Shown here one piece after another: positions 40,501 through 50,500 of a stretch of 64,000 bases of DNA. The notes beneath the pieces are model-generated. The model worked only from the letters and a program-made list of their open reading frames with translations, made no database searches and had not been told where the DNA came from. Within the stretch, counting starts at the first letter, position 1, and every line of letters begins with the position of its first letter. Source of the stretch: Botryllus schlosseri (taxonomy: Eukaryota); contig CM119371.1 of NCBI GenBank assembly GCA_051294905.1, forward strand, positions 16,432,001 to 16,496,000. Reading direction: 5' to 3'. The translations under genes were made by a program, and so were the position numbers.

Positions 40501-43500
40501 TATTGAAGCAGTCGCAAGAGATGTAATCACTGGAAATGAAAAATCCAACTACTTGTTAAAGGTACAGCGTGCTAATTCCAATATATGTGATTCGCAGTGT
40601 TAGCAGTGATAGTTAACTTTTCCCCCAAGCGCCTCTTTTCAAAAGTTGCCTAGGGGTGGCGCACCCCACATTTTAGGGAGTGTAGTAAAATAACGAATAA
40701 CAGGTCGAAGTCCGGTCGGTATTTTCGTGTTGAAACTTTACTATTTGAATATAGCGCGCTTAAATCGCGCACAAGAACCAATCAATTATTTAACGATTAA
40801 ATAATTGTATTTGCTATATTCGGGATCGAATCAACATTAATAAAACAACCACCGGGTAACGCCTCAAACCATCTGGTCCAAGCTATGGTTGGGACTTCGG
40901 GATTACATTTGAAATCTAGGGATCGGGATATCCCGGGATTTTCGCTTCTCAATTCCGGGATTTCCCCGGGATTAGAAAAGTAGTAGAATACACATACAAG
41001 CTACACCAGCGGTCGGGAACCTATGGCTCGCGAGCCATAAATCGCTCTTTTGGGGTTAAGATATGGCTCTTTGACACATTTTCAATTTCGAATTTGATAT
41101 ACCCGGCATCGCGCGCTGCGTAATCTTGGATTGCACCATACGTTGGTTGATCAAGTCTAGAGGATAGCATACATAGAGACAATCTAGTTTTCAAATACAC
41201 ATTGTCTTCCTGATCTACACCGAGAAATGAACTGCTGCCTTGGCAGCGACATTCCAATTACAAGTTCAAATTACAAACAACGCTTCGCTATCCACGTCCA
41301 AATTGCTAAGTAGCTTTCTAGTACTACCGTCAAAATGTAGGCATATAGTGCAACGTTTATGTTACCGCCGAATTGAGAAGTCCATCAATATTTAGATTTT
41401 CGGAATCAGTGCTATAGTTATATTAGATTTAATATCAACTATTATAAATTCTGAGCTAATTACGACGACTTGCGCTATCACAGGATGATTAGCAGCCTAC
41501 GAGTTTTCACAGAGAAAATATAGCGGCCACGACGAATCCCATGTAGTGAGTTCGAATTAGTACTATCATGACGTCACGAATTTCCAATTATGACGTAACA
41601 ATTGATTGACATGTATGGCTCTTTGGTAGTTGAAATGGAAAATATGGGTCTAACATGGCTCTTCAGACCAAAAAGGTTCACGACCACTGAGCTACACAAA
41701 CAACATTTAGTCCTTGTAATAATGAAGTAAAAACATAAGAGCATTAAGAGTATAATCGTTTAGACCAGGGGTCTCAAACTCAAATTTTCTCGCTGGCCAA
41801 TGTCGTAGTATCTCAGGACGCGGTGGCCGTATCATCAAATAGGGGTATAATATGTATAACCCAAGTAAGCCTTATATGACGGACCTTGCAGACTGGAATT
41901 CCATACACATTGTGAAAATGTGATTCGCTATTGTAATATTCATGAATCTCTTATTAAAAATATTGCTGTGCTTGGCATAATTTGACGAAATAACGAGTTA
42001 TTATCAGTTAGACACCATGCGAGACGACAAATGCACCATGTCATCCTAGAAGCTGTCGCGTTATATGTCGCGGTATAATTTGCCAGCTAGCGGACATTTG
42101 AAGTGAGATAGCGATTCAGGTTTTCGGACCGGTTTTAGAGTGAATTTTAAGTTCTCAAATCCGAAATAAGAAATTTTCGTGTTGAATATTGTCGAATACT
42201 TGAAAAAAATTGTCGACGAGGGCCGCAAAAATGTTGTCGTGGGCCGCGTGCTTGAGATCACTGTTTTAGACAATCAGCCGAGTTTGTGACACTGCTTTAT
42301 CACAAAGATACGAGATATGGCGCTAGGTAAGCCTTGTAGATGCTGTTCACAAACCCTGGTATTTCATTGGGATCAATCCCGGGATCGGGATTGCTTCAAT
42401 CCCCGGGATCACGGGATCGGGTTTTCACGGGGTCACAACGCTAGTCCAAGCATGATATACACATCCCGAATTCACCTTCGCGATTGGCAATACGTTATGT
42501 AATTGTCTTGGGTTTTGTTCTTAGCAATGATGATGTGTAGACATCTTTGGTCGTTCACATTGAATTTAGTACTATACCAAGTTATCAACTTTAACATGAA
42601 TGTATTCCAAACAAACCAACCCACCCATTATCATCTCTAGTATCTACCACAGTACCATCGTCACGGCAGGATGAAGAAATATTCTGACTATTTAATTTTG
42701 CCGCTCTCAAATACAAATATAGGTTATCATTTTGGCGAAAAAGCTGCAAGGCAACTTCAATTTAAAAAAGGATGTCACTCTGAAAAGTGGTACAGTGCTC
42801 CGATTACGAATTGCTGCGCGCTGCTGGATACAATACCTATTTCGAATCATTTTGTGTAAAATAACCTGAGCCAGCGTGGCGGGAGTGCTTTATCGGGGAA
42901 TTGCCGATCTAAAAGTACGCGCAATTCGGTTTACCAGAATTAATGAACCACTGCATTCATGGAAACCAGGCTGTAGAGTCAGGTTGACAGTTTCGCTTAT
43001 TTTTCCCACATTGGGGTCAGAGTCCGGGTCACAAAAATTTGTTAGCGCCCCTAGGAGTTCGATTCGGAGTCGGGAAGAACATACGGGCTGGACTCGGCAT
43101 CGAAGTTTGCAATATGTTGCAGACTCCGACTCCAACTATTAAAGGACTCTGAAAATTGTCAATAGTAAATAGCCGATATTATTGACATTATTGAAAATCC
43201 CTATAATTTTCGAAGTAAATTTCTGGATTTGGATTGGACGTAGGAGTCGTAGTTTTGCGAGACAAATAGTGGATGTCGGAGTTGGAGTCGGTGTCAGTGT
43301 GTTCAACGAATTGGGAATCGGAGTGGGAATTGGAGTCGGTGTACTAAAAATTTCAGGACTCGGGGTCGGAGCTCGAGTCTGCGGTTAAGTTTACCGACTT
43401 CACACAGTTCACAGCCCTGATGGAAACACGTTGAAAACATCGCGGGTATATATTCGCGCGTTGTGCTACGAAACATTTCGAGATTCAACGGATTTTTGTC

Positions 43501-45720
43501 GACTTTTAATTTGCAATGATAACTCAGGGATAATAGAGATATTGTTCCACTATATAATCAATAATCATATGCCTCCACTATACCCCATCAACTGCTAAGC
43601 GATTTTCATCAGGGTCCCCATATCGCCTACTGAGCGTTTACGCCACCTTCAACATCAAAATACCTCTAGAGGGCCCTGGAACCTACGTTAAGAACCAGGG
43701 TGGAGGATATCGATCCGGAGTGGCAACCGTTATTTGATGATTTCGAAAGATAGTAAAGAATACATTGCTAAAACTACTATATGGCAGTGTTGGGATCAAG
43801 TCACTACCTTCGAGTCACGAGTCATCTCGAGTCATTGCAGTCAAGTCAAGTCAATCGATTTTAAAAGGTGACTCGAGTCAAGTCAAGTCACTCGTTTTTT
43901 GGCGGTGACTCGAGTCAAGTCGAGTCAAGTCAAGTCAAGTCACGAGTCAAGTCACAATTCAAGTCAAATTGAAATTTCGAAATATGAGTGAAGATTCAAA
44001 GTCGTTACATTTTTGTAACTGTGTGAAAGACAGATTAATTGATCGTTCATCTTGAATCAAATAACAAATATCTAGGTAAATATACAACATACAAAAAAGA
44101 CGTCGTATCCCTCACACACACACACGTAGAACTGCTAATATCATACGTGCGTAACTGTGCCCGTGTGCAGCTACATGCTACACTCAGTTATTATCAGCAA
44201 AATATAGGTCCTAATACGAAGCTTCGAGAAGTTGAAACAAATTGATATGGCAAAATAGCCTACACTAAACATCTACGCATCCATGAAATATACACGCACA
44301 AACTATGTTTGTTCGATTTAAATCATACAGGATGGTTGGTAAAGGTGAACACTGCGTAACTTAAGCATTGAGAGCCATCTAAGAAACAGAGACACATTGC
44401 TATTTAGATTATTCTTCTACTACTACTACTACTGCTACAACGCAAGCTGTGATTTTTCAATTTGCGGTCAATTTATTTGTGATCTAACAATCGAGGATCA
44501 GTGTATCGTACAATCAGTGAATGGCTGGTAGCTCTCACAAGTGACACCGGCGTATCTCGAACTGTCTCAGCATACACAAGATACAGTGATTTATTCGACA
44601 CCGTTTACTTGATGACTTGAAATTGACTCGTAAATTTTGCTCCGAGTCACGAGTCAATAAACATTTTTTAAGCTCCGAGTCAAGTCAAGTCAAGTCATTT
44701 TTCTAAAGTGACTCGAGTCAAGTCAAGTCATACGAAAAAGTTGACTCGAGTCTGTGACTCGAGTCATCCCAACACTGCTATATGGTCGCATCATGTGGAA
44801 CTATCTATTACGGCAGTGTCGATATCGACCAAGCTCGACTTACACATCATGCGAAAGTATTCGAGAATGACCAATGCTGAGTAGGCATCGACCGGGCAAC
44901 GATGGAGTGACGTCGAACAACGCAGGGCCAGTATTGACGTAACTTGATATTCATCTGCGGCGCATTACCTTGCATATTCGTGCCGAGTAGAATAACAATT
45001 AAATACGACACTCGTATTGCTTCAGGTCAAGAACGTGAAGCTTGATACTTTGGCGCTGGAGAATCATCAATTGGTGGCAAAGGTTCTGAATTCGGGAGTT
45101 GGTTTAGAAGCGAACTGCTTGCTCGTCAACGAACCGAAGGAGAATCGTGGACACTGGACAAAAACAATGAATATGATCAACAACAATAATTTCAAGGTAC
45201 ACCTAACTAAATTGCGTTTGAAATGTCTATTTCAACAGCGTTGGATATTAAGATAAGCTCGTCACGCAATCAGAATGCTGCACGAATAGTAACAATTTTA
45301 CATGAACTACGATCCAAGGATAATGAAATCCAGAATGCATAACAGGTATCGTCAATCAAAACTAAGTCTAACCTGGATTCTGTCCTCCAAGTGATTACCA
45401 AGATATCACAAATCGCAGACCCAAAAATTATTTTGACCGAAGATGCTAACCTAAAGATCGAGAAGCATCCCAGCAATACAGCGGTGAGTTTAGGAATAAT
45501 TCGTTCTGCAACGGAATATTTCGTCACCTATAATCGCACTAGCTAGGTCGGGCATAAGCTATCTGCCAATGAGAGATGGGTACGTTGCGATACCTTCCGT
45601 GGGATAAGAGCTATAATGGGTCTTTGCAGAACGTTTACTTTTCAGAAACTGCTCGTAGCTGTAAAAGGGAGTGCTCGAATGAAATCAATCCGAGAACTGT
45701 CCGGATCACTGAGGATGAAA
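16590..45720 (+). CDS. 3' part of a probable NLR/NACHT-type multi-exon gene (WH/HD2-like region followed by a long divergent LRR-like C-terminus); 5' end not seen in the window
   Basis: Open GT-AG exons 16590-16755 and 16832-17061 (joined in phase 1) read DILAAFHWLS...VIPNYILLGVA...LRVLRQCG...DVISVAQSI, resembling the NACHT 'QEFxAA' / HD2 motifs. Phase 0-0 exons follow: 20273-20428, 24171-24365, 25560-25691, 26099-26245, 26720-26893, 26955-27137, 27207-27374, 27446-27577, 27666-27863, 29536-29676, 29746-29817, 33582(or 33633)-33833, 34499-34642, 36272-36445, 40175-40252, 45026-45196, 45346-45483, 45646-~45720. All are stop-free with lengths divisible by 3. Completeness, single-gene status and 3' end are uncertain. 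Confidence 0.62.
17350..17620 (+). mobile_element. Retroposon 3' end (CR1/L2-like LINE tail or SINE), copy 1
   Basis: Homologous to 50083-50332(-): shared TTACCGGACCACGACCT..., GTCTGAT...CTACTCCAAGT.GTTTCGACACC stem-loop region and (TGAT/TTGA)n tail. Confidence 0.6.
18450..20010. mobile_element. Non-autonomous hAT element with (TGTAAT)n subterminal repeats
   Basis: TIR CAGAGTTGGATCAATT / AATTGATCCTACTCTG (1 mismatch); perfect TSD GTGCGAAC at 18442-18449 and 20011-20018; internal ~125-bp inverted repeat (about 18802-18925 vs 19215-19340), probably a nested MITE. Confidence 0.9.
22118..22524. mobile_element. MITE family with TAGGGTTGCA termini (other copies ~31331-31737 and, inverted, ~34065-34415)
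   Basis: Shared internal sequence ATGAGCCTACGGA...ACCACCCGAT...GGAACCCTC.AAATAGTCGGTTCA...TGACGTCACAATT in three places. Confidence 0.7.
22751..24009. mobile_element. Old hAT-like element with GGATCC/ATCCG subterminal repeats
   Basis: Ends TAGAGGTACGGAT / ATTCGGTGCATCTCTA; flanks TTGTCTAT / ATGTCTGT (6/8). Confidence 0.55.
22880..23150 (-). mobile_element. tRNA-derived SINE (family A), full length
   Basis: Minus strand: A-box TAGCGAAATGG, B-box GTTCGAGCC; homologous over its length to 32614-32890; flanking direct repeat CTTGCCCAAGG / CTTGCTCAAGG. Confidence 0.8.
26315..26630 (+). mobile_element. Probable tRNA-derived SINE (family B)
   Basis: A-box-like TAGCGTAATAGT and B-box-like GTTCCATTCC at tRNA spacing, A-rich 3' end, lies within an intron; no second copy seen. 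Confidence 0.45.
27905..28816 (+). mobile_element. Buster/Charlie-type hAT deletion derivative containing a nested MITE (28369-28710)
   Basis: Ends CAAGGGCGGGCAC / GTATCCTACCCCTG, flanks ATATATAG / ACATATAG. Nested element TAGGGTGGAGC...GCTCCGCACTA has flanks ATAGGTGG / ATGGGTGG; its right end recurs at ~62450-62593. Confidence 0.75.
27998..28256 (+). pseudogene. C-terminal remnant of a Buster/GTF2IRD2-like hAT transposase (dimerisation region)
   Basis: Translates GEFFALLNESKFTNMRKIVLKLLVQFGSTYIREQIFSITSINKTKLHPNLTD/../LLRVSTSDMEPEV...RPQMPH*, matching the FGSTYxCEQxFS...LTD...LR...Q.SH* motif; one frame break. Confidence 0.85.
29188..29210. repeat. (CT)n microsatellite
   Basis: About 11 CT units. 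Confidence 0.9.
30191..30809. mobile_element. Near-perfect palindromic (foldback) hAT-type MITE
   Basis: ~300-bp arms almost fully reverse-complementary around ~30500; termini TAGGGCTGTTCAAAAATAAC / GTTATTTTTGAATAGCCCTA; perfect TSD ATGTATAT (30183-30190, 30810-30817). Partial copies at ~35605-35949 and ~45838-45990. Confidence 0.95.
31207..32243. mobile_element. Diverged relative of the palindromic MITE, interrupted by a TAGGGTTGCA-family MITE (~31331-31737)
   Basis: Ends TAGGGGTGTTAAA / TTTGAACAATCCTA; flanks CTGTTCAG / CCATTCAG (6/8); internal self-complementarity. Confidence 0.55.
32381..33536 (+). mobile_element. Composite Buster-type hAT MITE, copy 1
   Basis: CAGGGGCAGGCAAC...GTTGCCCGCCCTG; colinear reverse complement of 36633-37798 apart from one copy-specific insertion in each; TSD not recognisable. 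Confidence 0.85.
32614..32890 (+). mobile_element. tRNA-derived SINE (family A) inserted in MITE copy 1
   Basis: B-box GGTTCGAGTCC, (CAA)n tail, perfect 12-bp TSD ACTTGCATTATC (32602-32613, 32891-32902); the empty site is present in MITE copy 2 (GATAATGCAAGT at 37589-37600). Confidence 0.9.
36633..37798 (-). mobile_element. Composite Buster-type hAT MITE, copy 2 (with nested insert 36797-37100)
   Basis: CAGGGGCGGGCAA...TTGCCCGCCCCTG; perfect TSD ATGTAACA (36625-36632, 37799-37806). The nested piece ends TATGGTAACCCTA with flanks CTTCACAG / CTTCACAA and is related to 51840-52173. Confidence 0.92.
39580..40054. mobile_element. Buster-type hAT MITE
   Basis: CAGGGGTGTCAAA...TTTGACACCCATG; flanks TTATATAG / CTATATAG; related left end at ~46476. 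Confidence 0.8.
40884..42443. mobile_element. hAT element with CGGGAT subterminal repeats, hosting two nested MITEs (41007-41689 and 41766-42263)
   Basis: Perfect TSD GTCCAAGC (40876-40883, 42444-42451). Nested 41007-41689 has perfect TSD AGCTACAC; nested 41766-42263 (CAGGGGTCTCAA...TTGAGATCACTG) has GTTTAGAC / TTTTAGAC. Confidence 0.85.
42967..43419. mobile_element. hAT MITE with GGAGTC repeats
   Basis: CAGGCTGT...ACAGCCCTG; perfect TSD ATGGAAAC (42959-42966, 43420-43427). Confidence 0.85.
43785..44777. mobile_element. hAT non-autonomous element with (AAGTC/GAGTC)n subterminal repeats
   Basis: 12-bp TIR CAGTGTTGGGAT / ATCCCAACACTG; perfect TSD CTATATGG (43777-43784, 44778-44785). Confidence 0.93.
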
Positions 45721-47534
45721 GTAACCACACAAAATGATTATGAAAATGGTGTGAAAATAACTCTTTTTATGTTGTACGTATATGCCCTTATACGTGTGAC
45801 TGTAGTATATCCGTGTATCCGTGTATATATGCAATATTAGGGCTGTTCAAAAATAGCTTTTTTTCCTGAATCTTGATGGTTACTTGATTAGATCGTTAGG
45901 TTGCCTTAAAAAACGACGCACACCAAATTTCAATTCATTCCAACCAATAATCGCGGATTTCGTGCAGTTTGAAAATTTTGAATTCACCCACTTTTGACCT
46001 CATATATATGTAAATTAGGTGTTTTCGCACACCATGTTAGAATTGTACTACTTATTTTTCTTTTTGGTTGGAACTGTCTGTACTTACGAAGTAATTTGTA
46101 CTGAACTAACTCCATCTTTCCATATAGTTGCGCAGCAGGCTAGCGTGGAACCATTAGGCACATGCATATCCGCGCTAGGACACATCACGACACATAAACG
46201 TTTCGCGAAACCTGCGACTTCGCGAAGTGTGCTCCCAGAAATCTGGACGGTGATAACACCCATAATCCGAAATTAATAGTCCCGCTCTTGAAATCTATAA
46301 GCCCCACGGACAAATGAGACCCGAATAGGGAACACATTAAATGGTCATGAAATACGAACTTGGAATCTTTCCAGTAGCCCAGCGACAATCTTTACCGGAG
46401 GTCACGAAATTACAACATGCTTCAACGAAGTAGCCCGATGTAGACCGACCCGAAAATCCATTTATAGTCTAAATCAGGGGTGTCAAACATGCGGCCCGCC
46501 AGGCGATTTCAGCCGGCCCGCGAAACAATTCTGAGTAGATTTGGAAATTCCTATGTTATGCAGCACAGTTTTAATAAATGTTAGATATTTGGTAGTAAAT
46601 AATTCCATGAAATAATCCTTTCGGGTCACAAATGTTGACATATGTTTATAGGCCGTATTATAACCATATGGCAGCGGTAATATGATTTCACTCCAGTCAC
46701 CATCAGGAACCAGGTCACTGATATTGACACCCAATTCCGGAAAGTAGTTCTTCTCAGTAGTTCTTCTTCTCTTTCTCAATGCGAAACCGTTATATGCATG
46801 CTGCATTGAGAATAAAATAGTCACAAGAATGTGATTCAAATATATATTGTCGCATCTCTGTATCAGTTTTGACTCGAAAGCTCCATCACTGTTCTGTTCC
46901 ATACGTGCCCATGAAATCATGGAAGAAATTGCATTCTTTTTAATGTGTGAGGCTTGGATTGCGAGATGCAACTATAAGTCAAATTTGACTGCGGTCTTAA
47001 AACTTTAGGAACCACTGCTTTAAAGATTTATGATCGATTCAGGATAGAGTACCCGAATCATTATGCCCAACCCGGGTCCCTCCGCTCAGTAATCACTGTT
47101 GAGGGTGGAATGTTTCATGTCACAACGTACATGCGACGTAAGAAAATATGTTTGGAGGACGGAGGGGCAAGTCGAAATTGGAACTAAATCCGTCTAAGAT
47201 TTTATTTCTCTTTCAAAAAAACCGTTGCGTCTCAAAATTATCGATCCTTGTGTATGAATGCGAACTACTAGATATCGTTGCGTTTGCCTGGTACTGCATG
47301 CATCACCGAGCCTCATGTGGCCTCCTCGTCCAAACTGTTTGACACAACTGAGTCGGTTTACCACTCCATAGTCGAAGAGAAGAACGTATGATATCATTTC
47401 GCCCAATTGTATGTTGGCTATACAGAATAACCAGAGAATCGGGATGTTAGGATATCCGTTTCTTATAGAAACACTAAATCAGTATTTTCAAACTGTTAAG
47501 TTGTTTTATTGTCGTTGTTCATAAGAACATACAG

Positions 47535-50500
47535 CAGCGCCGGTGTCTAATCCTGCAGTGCGTCGTCCTCTTGCTCCTCCTGCTCTTCCTATGCCTCTAT
47601 CACATCTGCTGGCGGGATCCAACGGTAAGAATATATACCTTACTTTTATGTCAAGGAGTAATGGACATGGGCATTATAGAATTTGATATACATATATGTT
47701 CGTTGAGAATTTATCTATTTTTAATTTGCGATGGCGTGTAGCATATGGGTCTCTCTCTCAGAGGCGGACACAACGAATCCCATAGATAGACTAATAGAGT
47801 GTGCTTCGATTCCACACCACCATGATCACTAATCGTGATGGTGACGTCACAATCGATTAAAACTGTTGCATGGCTCGTAAGGCAATACAATTGAAAATAT
47901 TGGGGCAATATTGAACTTTTGACGAAAAAGATTTCCGACTGCTGCTACATGGAGTATTTTGTAGTCGGCCTGCTGGAATCCTAAGAGTCAACGGGCATAT
48001 ATGTAAGCGTGAATGGATGGCATTGCACCCAAATAAGTCATTTTGATTAGCCGGTTCATATCTTTCACCATTCAGGAAACTGTAAATATTTGCCTACCGA
48101 CGTACCTGAGCCAAAATACGAAAATCGGCGCCTGCCTCCAACCCCTGCTCGAGGATTCAGGCGGAGCAGCGGTAAGAATACATTAGACATTGTAATACAT
48201 AATATATATAGGCCAACGATATCGAATGCAAATGAGTATTTGGATTCGACCAACCGAAGCGCTAATGCCCATGATATCTTAGGTAAATATTAATTGGAAA
48301 AGTTACATCATTTACTAACCATTAGTAGCAAATCGTCAAATCGTGAAAAATAAAGCACCACACGGCTTATGATAAGGATAGTATGACCCCCTGAAAAGTT
48401 CTGTTTCCGTGTAAACACGAACTTCAAGTCAAGTTTACTCCAACACTTTAGGTACAAATTCTAGAGTCGATCTCGGTCGGACTCGAGCCTGCAACCCGTA
48501 AATGTTGCAGCTGCACAATGTACCACTATATGCTATCTCGCCACCTGCTCGCCACAGCTGTGTCGCAATTACGTAATACAAAATCCGTTTAGTGACCCTT
48601 GAGCTCGTTAAGTCCCTCTGACTATATTTATGTATGTAAAATTGTGAATCTGCGTACAAAACTATGTTTATGTTCAGTAAGCTAGATGGACATTATTTTC
48701 TGGAATTCGCTTGTTGACATTGGTATTAATCCGCATCTATTGTTACGAACTTCTGCTAGTTTATTCGTTTTTAGGGCGCTCTTTACATTCCTTTCCAACC
48801 TGTCTATTTATTAAAATATTGTCTCACCACTAGTCGATGATCAAAATGCCTTTGGTGCTATTTGTGACATCAGTCATAATAATATTGCTTGACCAAACGT
48901 CTATCGTAGGATGTTATAGTACTTTGTTCCAAACTCCATCGTCATATAGGCTATACGAGATTCACAAGTCATATGTAAACAATGGAGTGAAAAATGTTTC
49001 CTGCTATGTCTTAGAACAAGGGCGGGCAACTTTTCACCCGACGGGTCGGATAGGGAAACATGAAGATATGGCGGGCCGGACACCTGAATTTTTTTATGAG
49101 TTGAGGAGAACTCCCGCCGTGGGTACGCGCCACAGATCCGTCCATCCTACCCTGCACTACTCTTTGTACGTACAATTCAGAGACGCACACATTCTAGCAG
49201 ATGCGAACTATATCTGATACTAGGCGACTAACTCACGGGCGAGCCAAATCGGTAATATGAATGTGATAAAAAATCAGTATGCATTTGGCTACCAGTCGCG
49301 CGAAGGGCGAAAACCATTTGAATAAATGAATGAATTTGATCAATGATATTGGTGTGTGTATGAGCAAGTGGTTCCTTCGAAAATTTACGGCACGTAATTA
49401 TTATTTTGAACATTGATCATGGCATAAGAATATTGTCGCAGATTATTCCCTTCGAGCGGGCTCATTCTTATTAATTATTTCATTCAAAACTCCTGCAACC
49501 CAACGGCCTCGGGCGATTCTGGTGTTTCTATGATAGTGTGTTCTCAACATAAAGACACTACACAGACATACTAAATTGCGAGAAGCGCGCGATTTTGTTT
49601 AGTTTGAATCCATCTGCGCGAAAATATTCTACTATTTATCGATATTACGAATATTCTCGAAAATATTGGGTATGGCATTGCCTCATTCGCCCCTGGCTAC
49701 GCCAATGCGGTGGACATCAGTTCTATTGGAACGTTGCTTTGTCTTGCTAATGTTGATGTTTGCGCCCAAATGCATGTAGACGGCGACTTGGGCCACATCA
49801 TCACGCAAGAGCGCAGACTGTCGGCGGGCCGCACAAAATTCCGTCGCGGGCCGGATCCGGCCCGTGGGCCGTATGTTACCCGCCCCTGTCTTATAACCTG
49901 AATAGTGAATATCACACAGTTTCAGATTCACCGGCTCTCGAACCTCACTCTCCAAGGATGACTCACCCAAACACTAGTAAGAATAGAAGATATACATCAG
50001 ACATGCAACAGTCATATTGCTTTAAGTCAGAACGGCTATAAACTGCCAACAAGTAGCCTACTTATGGGTTGTGTTGTGTTTCAATCAATCAATCAGTTTT
50101 ACGAATATTTTCATCATTTCAAAACATCACAAGATTGCAATACAATGAAAAGACAGGGAGGTGTCGAAACAACTTGGAGTAGCGTGTAAGATCAGACACC
50201 CACCTTAGCCTAGGCGAAGTAAAGAAGAGGCATATACTCTAAAGAGCAATGCAGAGAATATATAACGCGTGAGACAAAATGAGGTGGCATGTGGCGGAAA
50301 GCGAGGTCGATGTTAGGTCGTGGTCCGGTAATCCTGAAGGCTGGCTAGTAGGGTTGGTGTGAACCTCTGAAAGGTTCAGGTTCGTGTGAACGATAACCTT
50401 TTTGAAAGGTTAGACTGTGAGAACGCGAATGTGAACCTCATGACGTCACGTGACGTCACATTGCTAATTCCAACCCTACGTTTCCGTGAAGTGATAGCCT

